Source: Gemmatimonadales bacterium (GTDB lineage: Bacteria > Gemmatimonadota > Gemmatimonadetes > Gemmatimonadales > GWC2-71-9). From it: a stretch of 64,000 nt of DNA. Below, in pieces: positions 57,296-64,000 of this stretch. The translations under genes and the position numbers were made by a program. How positions within the stretch are numbered: the first letter of the stretch is position 1; each line of letters opens with the position of its first letter. The stretch spans positions 8,888 through 72,887 of the forward strand of contig DATBLR010000091.1 of the NCBI GenBank assembly GCA_036555275.1, written 5' to 3'. The notes under the pieces are model-generated. The model worked only from the letters and a program-made list of their open reading frames with translations. It was not told the origin of the DNA and ran no database searches.

Positions 57296-58030
57296 CTACG
57301 AGGGCCCGATCTCCTTTTGTGTCTGCGGGGTGTCCGGCGCCGCGCCTGCCTGGATTCCCTGGCTCGCAAGGAAGTCGGCCAACGCCGCCTGTTCCAGCGC
57401 CTTGGTTTCCCCTTCCTTCTCTCGAACCTTGTCCATGTCCACCATGTCCCTGGCGACCCGGGCCTTCCCGGCCGCCTTCTCGTAGCGCTTCTGCAGCACC
57501 TCATCCACCGTCTTCATGGTGTCGCCAAGATCGCCGACCCTGAAGGTGGCGTTCGTCAGGGCCCCGGCCGCCTCCGCCTGGGCCTCCTTGATCTTCACCT
57601 GGTCGAGCTGCTTGTCGAGGCGCTTGACCTTATCCTCGAATTCCTTCTGGACCACCTTTGCCTGCCGCAGGTTGGCCTGGTACGCCTCCTCGGTTTCCGT
57701 CAGCTCCGAGGCGTCGGTCGACAGGTCCGCTTTCAACTCCTGGAGCTCCCGCGCCAGGCTGCCCGCCAGCTCCATATTGCCGGCGTGATGGTTGGCCAGG
57801 ATCCGGCGCTCCAGATCCTGGGCTTTGGCAGACTTGGCCTTAACCTGGCCCTTGAGTCGCTCCGCGACTCCCGCCATCCGGGCCAGCGCGGAGTTGTACT
57901 GGGCCATCTTCTCCCGGAATTCCTGCCGGGCAGAATCCATGAGGGCCTCGGGATTAGACTCTTCAAGCCCACTGATGAAGAGTCCGACGAACCCGCGGAA
58001 CAAACGGCCGATCCGAGCTAACAGGCCCAT
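57296..58030 (-). CDS. pspA: PspA/IM30 family protein (ESCRT-III superfamily)
   Basis: 244 aa. N-terminal amphipathic MGLLARIGRLFRGFVGLFISGLEESNPEALMDSARQEFREKM, followed by long coiled coils. This is the pattern of PspA/Vipp1/LiaH proteins. Confidence 0.85.
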   Translation of the reverse strand: MGLLARIGRLFRGFVGLFISGLEESNPEALMDSARQEFREKMAQYNSALARMAGVAERLKGQVKAKSAKAQDLERRILANHHAGNMELAGSLARELQELKADLSTDASELTETEEAYQANLRQAKVVQKEFEDKVKRLDKQLDQVKIKEAQAEAAGALTNATFRVGDLGDTMKTVDEVLQKRYEKAAGKARVARDMVDMDKVREKEGETKALEQAALADFLASQGIQAGAAPDTPQTQKEIGPS

Positions 58031-58089
58031 GGTGCCCCCGCTGAGTGACGGTGAGGGTTAGAAGATTGGCGCGCCCGTGAGTGGTGTCA

Positions 58090-58233
58090 AACAGGGAACG
58101 GGGAACGGGGAACAGGGAACGGGACGAACTCTTATGCAATGGGCGTAAGGGCGTCATGAGGGGCATGATTACCGTTCCCCGTTCCCCGTTCCCTGTTCCC
58201 CCGTTTCTTTTCCCCGTTCCCGTTTCCCCGTTC
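58090..58233. repeat. opposed heptamer-repeat arms, GGGGAAC family, ~47-nt unique centre, between pspA start and AAA+ stop
   Basis: Left arm aacagggaacggggaacggggaacagggaacggga. Right arm ccgttccccgttccccgttccctgttcccccgtttcttttccccgttcccgtttccccgttc. Confidence 0.92.
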
Positions 58234-58237
58234 TGGC

Positions 58238-59956
58238 CTACACGAACCGCCTCAACTCCTCGATCTTCCGCTCGATCTCCTCCGGGGCGAGATCCCGGTA
58301 CCGCGCCGGCAGGAACCGGACATCGGTACACTCCTTGACCGCCACGAGGTCCATGTACTCGAGCTTGCGGGTGTGCGCGTTGGGACGCACCTCCCGGATA
58401 ACCTCGACCAGGATCTCCTTCAGCGGCCGGCGAGGCTCGGGAGACAGCTCCCACACCCTGAGGCTGCGCACGAAAACGCCTTCGATCTCGTTGCCGCCCA
58501 GGGTCAGGTCGCGAGGCAGCTCTGGCAGATCCCCGTCGCCGAGGGGCACCTGGATCTTCCGCGCCACCGCGAGGAGGAGGGCGCGGCGCTCCTCCACGGT
58601 CTCGGGGGGGAACAGCGGAATGTGGACATCGAGTCGGCCCTGGCGCTTCAGGTCCACTTCCAGCAGGTCGGGTCGCGAGGTCGCGAAGATCCAGATGATG
58701 CGGCCGCGGTTCGCGGTATCGGACATCTCCTTGGCGAGCATCGAATAAACCCGGCCGGAGAGCCCGCTGTCGCCTTCGCCCCCTTCCCGCTTGCCTGCGG
58801 CCTGGTCGGCCTCGTCCACGAACACGACGACCTGACCCAGCGCGTGCAGCACCGCGAAGATCTTCTCGAGGTTGGATTCGGTGGCGCCCACCCAGCGATC
58901 CCGGAAGTTCTTGAAGACCACACACGGAATGCCCAGCTCGCCGGCCCAGCAGGTGACCAGGAAGGTCTTTCCCGTCCCGATGCGGCCCGCGATGAGGTAG
59001 CCCATCGGCAGCGCGTGCAGCACGCCCCGCCGGAGCAGCTCGGCGTCCTCCCGGAGCCACGTGCGCACCGCGTCGAGGCCGGCGACGTGGTCGAGGGTGT
59101 AGCTCGACTCGATGAACTCCAGCAGCCCCTGGCACTCGCGCTCGATGGCGTCCTTCTTCATCCGGGTGAGCCACGCCACGGTGATCCGCTCCCCGTTCTT
59201 GAGCGCGAGGGCGAGTACCCGACGCGCCGCCACCCGGGAGAGGCCGGTGAGTCGCCGGGCGAGGATGTCCATCGACACGTCGCAGCTGGCGGGCAGCTCC
59301 GGCATCTCTTTCTGAACCAGGACGGCCAGATACTCCCGCATTTCCGCCTCGTTCGGCAGCGGGACCCGGAGCGCCACGGCGTGGGGGTTCTCCACGACCA
59401 GCTCGTTGAGGTCGTGCAGCCCCTCGCTGAGCAGGACGGTGACGACATTGGCATGGAGGATCGCCGGGTCGTTGGCCCAGCCGAGCACTTTGACGACGTT
59501 GGCGCTGAACGCGCCGCCCAGCGCCACCGCGTCTCCCCGGGGCACCACGAACTCGGCGAAATCAATCACCACCGCCAGCTTCCGGGCGGCGGCCTCCTGG
59601 TCCCCGATCGCCTGCAGGTTCAGGGTCCGGAGCAGGTAGCGATCGATGAGCTCGAGCGCTGAACCCGGCTCGCGCAGGTAGCTCTGGTTGCGGGCCTCGT
59701 CTCCCAGCGCCCCGCGCAGCCACTCGCTCCAGTCCTCCCCACCCCGGACGGCGCGGATGCCGCGGCTCCGGTCGTAGTGCAGCACCACGTCATAGGACGC
59801 GAACATCACTTCATCCAGAAAGCCCTTCACCGAGAGCATCCTGCCGTCCTGGGGCACGGCGTCGAAGATGTTGCCGTGCAGGATGAACTGGGCACAGCCG
59901 CCGGAGCGGAAGAGGTTCCGCATCTCCATCGCCCACGAGGGCAGCGGGGTGCTCAT
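58238..59956 (-). CDS. tandem AAA+ ATPase: degenerate N-terminal AAA-like module + active classic-clade AAA module
   Basis: 572 aa. D2 has Walker A GRIGTGKT, Walker B VVFVDEAD and an SRH-like ATSRPDLLEVDLKRQGRLDVHIPL. The N-terminal ~270 aa follow AAA topology but with a dead P-loop (FILHGNIFD) and dead Walker B (LAVVIDFAEF). Start overlaps the upstream gene stop (ATGA). Confidence 0.85.
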   Translation of the reverse strand: MSTPLPSWAMEMRNLFRSGGCAQFILHGNIFDAVPQDGRMLSVKGFLDEVMFASYDVVLHYDRSRGIRAVRGGEDWSEWLRGALGDEARNQSYLREPGSALELIDRYLLRTLNLQAIGDQEAAARKLAVVIDFAEFVVPRGDAVALGGAFSANVVKVLGWANDPAILHANVVTVLLSEGLHDLNELVVENPHAVALRVPLPNEAEMREYLAVLVQKEMPELPASCDVSMDILARRLTGLSRVAARRVLALALKNGERITVAWLTRMKKDAIERECQGLLEFIESSYTLDHVAGLDAVRTWLREDAELLRRGVLHALPMGYLIAGRIGTGKTFLVTCWAGELGIPCVVFKNFRDRWVGATESNLEKIFAVLHALGQVVVFVDEADQAAGKREGGEGDSGLSGRVYSMLAKEMSDTANRGRIIWIFATSRPDLLEVDLKRQGRLDVHIPLFPPETVEERRALLLAVARKIQVPLGDGDLPELPRDLTLGGNEIEGVFVRSLRVWELSPEPRRPLKEILVEVIREVRPNAHTRKLEYMDLVAVKECTDVRFLPARYRDLAPEEIERKIEELRRFV

Positions 59957-60807
59957 CGGGCCTCCTTGAGGGCCGCCCGGGCGACGGCAGGCGGCGGTTC
60001 TTCCAGCAGGTCATCCAGCGAGCCATACAGCTTCTGCTGGTCGGAGATCCACTGGGTGGCACCCCCCAGGCTGCCGGTGATCTCGTCCAGTCGGGCCGAC
60101 ATGCCGTCGGCGTCCGCCGACAGCGCGGCCTGCTCGCGGAGCAGCTCCACCTGTTCCTGAATCCGCAGAATCTCGGCCTCCAGGAAGTCCAGCTTCTCGC
60201 GTCCTTCCCGGCGCTGCTGCACTCGCTGCTGCAGGATCTCCGCCTGGCTGGTGAGGCTCTTGCGAAGGTCCCCAGCGAGCGACGCGTCGCCCAGTCGTCG
60301 CTGCAGGTCGGAGAGCCGGGTTTCCAGCTCCTGCGTCTCCCCCAGGTTCGGTTCCTTCAGCACCCGGCTGATCGCGCGGCGGGCAATCAGCAGACGCAGG
60401 TAAACCCAGATGAGCTTGCTCAGATTCTCGCTCTGTATTTCGACGCCGGAACCGGATGGATCCTGCTGGGCAAAGAGATCGAGGATGCCCCGGCAGCGGG
60501 CCACGAAAGCGACGTAGCGCGCCTGGTCCGGATCGGACAATCGTCGTACCATGGCGTCCAACCGGTCCTTCCACTCGCGCTCAGTGCCTGACGTGGCCCT
60601 GGCGGCGATCGCACGCTGAAAGCGGCCGTTGGTGGTGAGCGTCAGCAGGTAGGTGAGTTCCACCCCGGCCCCCACCAGCCAGAAGCCGGGGTTGGTCAGA
60701 CCTAACAGGCCGAAGGCCGCGAGGCCGATCCAGTTCGGCGCCACGAACATCCCGAACGGCCGGGCGTTGAACGCGGAAGTGAGGTAGGTCCAGAACGTGG
60801 GTTTCAT
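59953..60807 (-). CDS. 2-TM membrane protein with long cytoplasmic coiled-coil domain (hypothetical)
   Basis: ORF 59953..60888. Likely start is MKPTFWTYLTSAF at 60807. TM segments FGMFVAPNWIGLAAFGLLGL and FWLVGAGVELTYLLTL, then ~200 aa of heptad-rich helices. Confidence 0.65.
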   Translation of the reverse strand: MKPTFWTYLTSAFNARPFGMFVAPNWIGLAAFGLLGLTNPGFWLVGAGVELTYLLTLTTNGRFQRAIAARATSGTEREWKDRLDAMVRRLSDPDQARYVAFVARCRGILDLFAQQDPSGSGVEIQSENLSKLIWVYLRLLIARRAISRVLKEPNLGETQELETRLSDLQRRLGDASLAGDLRKSLTSQAEILQQRVQQRREGREKLDFLEAEILRIQEQVELLREQAALSADADGMSARLDEITGSLGGATQWISDQQKLYGSLDDLLEEPPPAVARAALKEAR

Positions 60808-60830
60808 CGTGACGGTGGCAGGGCCGCCGC

Positions 60831-60862
60831 GGGTAGGGGGCGCATGCATGCGCCCCCTACCC
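60831..60862. repeat. perfect 32-nt palindrome GGGTAGGGGGCGCATGCATGCGCCCCCTACCC between the HIT gene 3' end and the start of the 2-TM/AAA+ operon
   Basis: Read directly and checked to equal its own reverse complement. Confidence 0.9.
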
Positions 60863-61204
60863 CGGCGGCCATGCCATGCGCCGGCCACCCAGCAGATGGA
60901 AGTGAAGGTGAAACACCGATTGCCCGCCGTCGGGTCCGGTGTTGGTGATCAGCCGATACCCCGACGTGTCCAGACCCAGCTCGCTGGCGACGCTGGTCGC
61001 GAAGAGCAGCAGCCTCCCCAGGAGGGCCTCGCCCTCCGATCCGGAGAGGTCCCGTGCCGCCGAGTAGTGCTTGGTGGGGATGACCAGGACGTGGACCGGC
61101 GCTTGCGGGGTCAGATCGTGAAAGGCGACCGCCTCCGGCGTCCGGCGGACCAGCTTGGCGGCGATGTCGCCGCTCGCGATCTTGCAGAAAACGCACTCAG
61201 CCAT
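60857..61204 (-). CDS. HIT-family (histidine triad) nucleotide hydrolase
   Basis: 115 aa. CVFCKI, VHVLVIPTKH, GQSVFHLHFHLLGG. Confidence 0.92.
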   Translation of the reverse strand: MAECVFCKIASGDIAAKLVRRTPEAVAFHDLTPQAPVHVLVIPTKHYSAARDLSGSEGEALLGRLLLFATSVASELGLDTSGYRLITNTGPDGGQSVFHLHFHLLGGRRMAWPPG

Positions 61205-61910
61205 GACCGCCTCGCTGGCGTGCCAGCCACGCCGTGGTGAGGGCGGCGAGCGCCGCCGTTTCGAACCTCAGCCGGTTCGGACCGAGCCGCACCGGAGCAA
61301 ACCCCGCCGCCTTCAGGGCCGAGCGCTCCTCCGCTGTGAAGCCCCCCTCGGGTCCCACCGCGATGGTGACGGCATCGGTCTGGCCGAGACCGGGGAACTG
61401 CTTTCCCTCCTCCTCCGCCAGCCACCGCGCCCCCTCCGGTGGGCTAGCCAGAAACTGAGGCAACGGCACCGGATCCGCCACGACCGGGGCCCATGCCGAG
61501 CCGCACTGTTTGATGGCGTCGCGCGCCCGGCGACGCACCCGCTCAAGATGCGCCGGCCGAAGCCGGGTGGCCACGCTCGCGGTTCGGGCGGTCTCCAGCG
61601 GCACCACTCGGGTGGCTCCGAGCTGGGCCGCCTGCTCGACCAGCCAGCCGAAGCGGTCGCGATCTCCCGCGCCCACGGCGAGGATCGTGGGGACCGGGGC
61701 CGGCTCCCGGGCCACCGCCTCTACCCGCACCGTCACCCGCCGGCCCTCGAGCGCCAGCCGGCCGCTGGCCTCCGCGCCGGCGCCGTCGAGCAGACGCACC
61801 GGCGCGTCGGGCGCTGCTCGACGCACTGCGAGATGGTGTTCCTCTTCCGCCTCGAGCGTCACCGTTGCCCCCGCGACCAGGCTGCCCGGGCGCGCGAGGA
61901 CGGTGATCAT
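61197..61910 (-). CDS. rsmE: 16S rRNA (uracil1498-N3)-methyltransferase
   Basis: ORF 61197..61937. Likely start is MITVLARPG at 61910 (4-nt overlap with the prmA stop). EEHHLAVRRA, C-terminal LGPNRLRFETAALAAL. Confidence 0.85.
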   Translation of the reverse strand: MITVLARPGSLVAGATVTLEAEEEHHLAVRRAAPDAPVRLLDGAGAEASGRLALEGRRVTVRVEAVAREPAPVPTILAVGAGDRDRFGWLVEQAAQLGATRVVPLETARTASVATRLRPAHLERVRRRARDAIKQCGSAWAPVVADPVPLPQFLASPPEGARWLAEEEGKQFPGLGQTDAVTIAVGPEGGFTAEERSALKAAGFAPVRLGPNRLRFETAALAALTTAWLARQRGGHG

Positions 61911-62740
61911 GACCGAACGGCGGCCACCGCCCACCAAGTCTCGTCGACCTGCTCCGCGACGGTAGTGAACCCACCGGCGAGGAGCGCAGGCCGGAACAGC
62001 TCGGCCTCCGCCGCCTCCATACCGGAGAAGATGGCGATTCCACCCGGCCGCAGGGCGGCGTGGATCTCGGGCAGCAGCGCGATATTGATCAGCCGGAGAA
62101 TGTTGGACACGATCAGGTCGGCGGGTGCGACGAGCGGGGTGAGCTGGGCGGCGTCCCCCTCGAGGAAGACCACCCGCTCCAGCACCCGGTTGCGCTCGGC
62201 GTTGTTCGTGGCGAAGGGGAGGGCGTCGGAATCCACTTCAATGCCGATGGCCTTCCCCGCTCCCAGCAGGGCAGCGGCGATGGTGAGGATGCCGCTCCCG
62301 CTCCCCAGATCGAGCACCGTATCGCCCGGCCGCACGAAGCGATCGACCAGGGCCAGCGCGGCCCGGGTCGACCCGTGTTCGCCGCTGCCAAAGGCGAGCT
62401 CCGGGTCGATCACGATCACCCGGTCTCCGTCCGCCGCCGGGTGCTCGATCCACGTCGGCACCACCGCGAACCGGCCCACTCGCCGGACGCCCAACCCCTC
62501 GCGCCAGGCGTTGGTCCAGTCTACATCCGGCTGCTCGCGCCGCGAGACCGGGATCCCCGGTCCGTGCACCCGCGCCAGGTCGTGCTCAATGGCCTCCGCC
62601 GCCGGCATGGTGAGGGCGGAGGAGACCAGGGTCCCGTCCGGCCGCTCCTCGACCGCCTGCCCGGTCCGGGTGACCAGCCAGGCAGCGATGGCGTCGCGGC
62701 GGTCCGCGTCGGGCTGCACCTCAATCTCATACCAGCTCAC
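61907..62740 (-). CDS. prmA: ribosomal protein L11 methyltransferase
   Basis: ORF 61907..62770. Likely GTG start at 62740 (GTGA overlap with the dnaJ stop). [26 protein letters not shown]. Confidence 0.88.
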   Translation of the reverse strand: MSWYEIEVQPDADRRDAIAAWLVTRTGQAVEERPDGTLVSSALTMPAAEAIEHDLARVHGPGIPVSRREQPDVDWTNAWREGLGVRRVGRFAVVPTWIEHPAADGDRVIVIDPELAFGSGEHGSTRAALALVDRFVRPGDTVLDLGSGSGILTIAAALLGAGKAIGIEVDSDALPFATNNAERNRVLERVVFLEGDAAQLTPLVAPADLIVSNILRLINIALLPEIHAALRPGGIAIFSGMEAAEAELFRPALLAGGFTTVAEQVDETWWAVAAVRS

Positions 62741-63861
62741 GCGCGCAGGGCCTCTTTCAGCTTGGCCCAAAAGCCGGCGGCGCGCTTGGGTGGGTCGCCC
62801 TCGTGTTTGGCGAGCTCCCGAAACAGCCGCTCCTGCTCCTCGGTCAGCGACTCCGGGGTCCAGACATGGACCCGGATGAGCATGTCCCCCCGGCCCGCCT
62901 GGCCCAGCCTCGGCAGGCCCTTGCCGCGAAGCTTCAGGATGGTCCCCCCCTGGGTTCCCCCGGGAATGGTCACCCGCTCCTCGCCGTGCGGGGTAGGGAG
63001 CGGAACGGTCAGCCCGAGGGCGGCCTGGGAGAAGGAAAGCGGCAGGTCCAGGACCAGGTTGTCACCGTCGCGTTCGAAGCGCTCGTCGTCCTTCACCTCG
63101 ATCATGACGAGCAGGTCTCCGGGCGGCGCATTGCGCGGCCCGACGGCGCCCTGCCCGCGAAGCGTCAGGTAGTTGTTCTCCGAGACGCCGGCCGGAATTT
63201 CGACCTGGACGGTTTTCTCGCTGCGCACCCGGCCTTCTCCGTGGCACTCCTCGCAGGGGGTCCGGATTACGACCCCCTCGCCGGCGCAGGTGGGACAGGG
63301 GCTCACCGAGACGAACTGCCCGAACATGCTCCGTGCCGCGCGACGAACTTCGCCCGTTCCGCCGCAGGTCGAGCAGCTCGCGGGCTTGGTACCCTTGCCA
63401 GCCCCGGTGCCCTCGCAGACGGCGCAGCGATCCAGGGTCTTGAGCTTGATGGAACGCTTGGCGCCGCTGGCCACCTCCGCCAGCGAAATCTTGACGTTCA
63501 CCCGGATGTCCTGGCCCCGCGGCGGCTCCGGCCGGCTGGCCTGGCCGAAGATCGATTCGAATCCGCCGAAGTCCCGCATGAAGATGTTCAGCGCTTCCGC
63601 CAGGTCCACATGGTGGAACCCGTGATATCCCGGCGCACCGGCCCCGCCCAGGCCCGCCTTGCCGTAGCGGTCATAGCGGGCCCGCTTATCCTGATCCTTC
63701 AGCACTTCGTAGGCTTCGGTGATCTCCTTGAACTTCGCCTCGGCATCTGGGGACTGGTTTCGGTCCGGATGGTAGTCCATCGCCAGCCGGCGGTAGGCCT
63801 TCTTGATGTCGGCCTCCGACGCATCCCGGGACACTCCGAGCAAATCGTAGTACTCGCTCAC
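62737..63861 (-). CDS. dnaJ: molecular chaperone DnaJ
   Basis: 374 aa. J domain [32 protein letters not shown], four CxxCxGxG zinc-finger repeats. Confidence 0.95.
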   Translation of the reverse strand: MSEYYDLLGVSRDASEADIKKAYRRLAMDYHPDRNQSPDAEAKFKEITEAYEVLKDQDKRARYDRYGKAGLGGAGAPGYHGFHHVDLAEALNIFMRDFGGFESIFGQASRPEPPRGQDIRVNVKISLAEVASGAKRSIKLKTLDRCAVCEGTGAGKGTKPASCSTCGGTGEVRRAARSMFGQFVSVSPCPTCAGEGVVIRTPCEECHGEGRVRSEKTVQVEIPAGVSENNYLTLRGQGAVGPRNAPPGDLLVMIEVKDDERFERDGDNLVLDLPLSFSQAALGLTVPLPTPHGEERVTIPGGTQGGTILKLRGKGLPRLGQAGRGDMLIRVHVWTPESLTEEQERLFRELAKHEGDPPKRAAGFWAKLKEALRA

Positions 63862-64000
63862 TCCATCAGTCCTTCCACCAGGCGGGTGGTGTGGTCCACC
63901 AGCCCGATGATCTTGTCGTAGGGCATGCGGGTAGGTCCGATGACCCCGATCACGCCGATGAGGTCGCCCGAGCGGTAGGAGCTCGTGACCAGGGTGAAGC
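63858..64000 (-). CDS. hrcA: heat-inducible transcription repressor HrcA, C-terminal end (gene continues beyond the window)
   Basis: Own translation: [46 protein letters not shown]. The [11 protein letters not shown] motif is typical of the HrcA C-terminus. Stop overlaps the dnaJ GTG start. Confidence 0.8.
   Translation of the reverse strand, partial: FTLVTSSYRSGDLIGVIGVIGPTRMPYDKIIGLVDHTTRLVEGLME

Noticed and set aside
62737-64000. hrcA followed directly by dnaJ without grpE-dnaK.
   Set aside because: This is a gene-order variant of the heat-shock locus, and dnaK/grpE can be elsewhere. The CIRCE element would lie outside the window. It is not unusual enough to flag.
1-64000. Prophage, transposon, integrase, toxin-antitoxin or restriction-modification content.
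   Set aside because: No ORF in any frame showed recognisable integrase, transposase, capsid, terminase, toxin or methylase motifs. The only mobile-like signals are the repeat families reported above.

Overview
GC-rich bacterial chromosomal window (third codon positions are almost all G/C). About 61 of 62 genes lie on the minus strand, and many are joined by 1-4 nt ATGA/GTGA start-stop overlaps.

**1-19.9 kb.** The window opens with the 5' part of a TonB-dependent receptor. A Wsp-syntenic chemosensory cluster follows: cheW, cheR-TPR, cheW, a tip-deleted MCP paralog, cheA-REC, cheB, a REC-headed hybrid histidine kinase, and a full MCP. Next is a phosphorelay module: two REC-HD-GYP regulators, an Hpt protein, a CheY, a second hybrid-kinase paralog, a NarL-type regulator and two decayed kinases. 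It ends abruptly at a tRNA-Leu(UAA).

**20-64 kb.** This part is mostly housekeeping:
- galK and one plus-strand outer-membrane protein
- xseA-xseB-ispA-dxs-nadK-recN, folD-rny, zapA
- pheST and infC-rpmI-rplT
- an MBL hydrolase, an epsilon-like exonuclease and arginine deiminase
- rex with a perfect Rex operator, and rsmA
- an RsbV/RsbW/GAF-PP2C partner-switching module
- pta-coaD-rsmD-recJ, dnaG, mutS2, rpsU
- HIT-rsmE-prmA-dnaJ-hrcA

**Best candidate for an undescribed system (55.5-60.9 kb).** A PspA/IM30 (ESCRT-III superfamily) gene sits next to a classic-clade tandem AAA+ ATPase with a degenerate D1 and an active D2. A 2-TM coiled-coil protein and a membrane-anchored SBP-like/OmpA fusion complete the block. 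The same GC-rich palindrome brackets both ends.

**Second unusual layer.** There are more than 15 intergenic and intragenic elements built from tandem heptamers, usually as two opposed arms. The unit sequence differs between loci (GGGGAAC, GTTCAGC/G, GGCTATC, GGCGGAC, GGCAGGC, GTACCGC).
- One element carries a four-helix-bundle (23S-IVS/Avd family) gene in its loop.
- Some sit inside operons.
- Some are inserted in frame in coding sequence.
- Some supply the C-terminal tails of proteins.

No transposase, integrase, CRISPR array or rRNA was seen. All calls come from reading the sequence and the ORF track, with no database searches.
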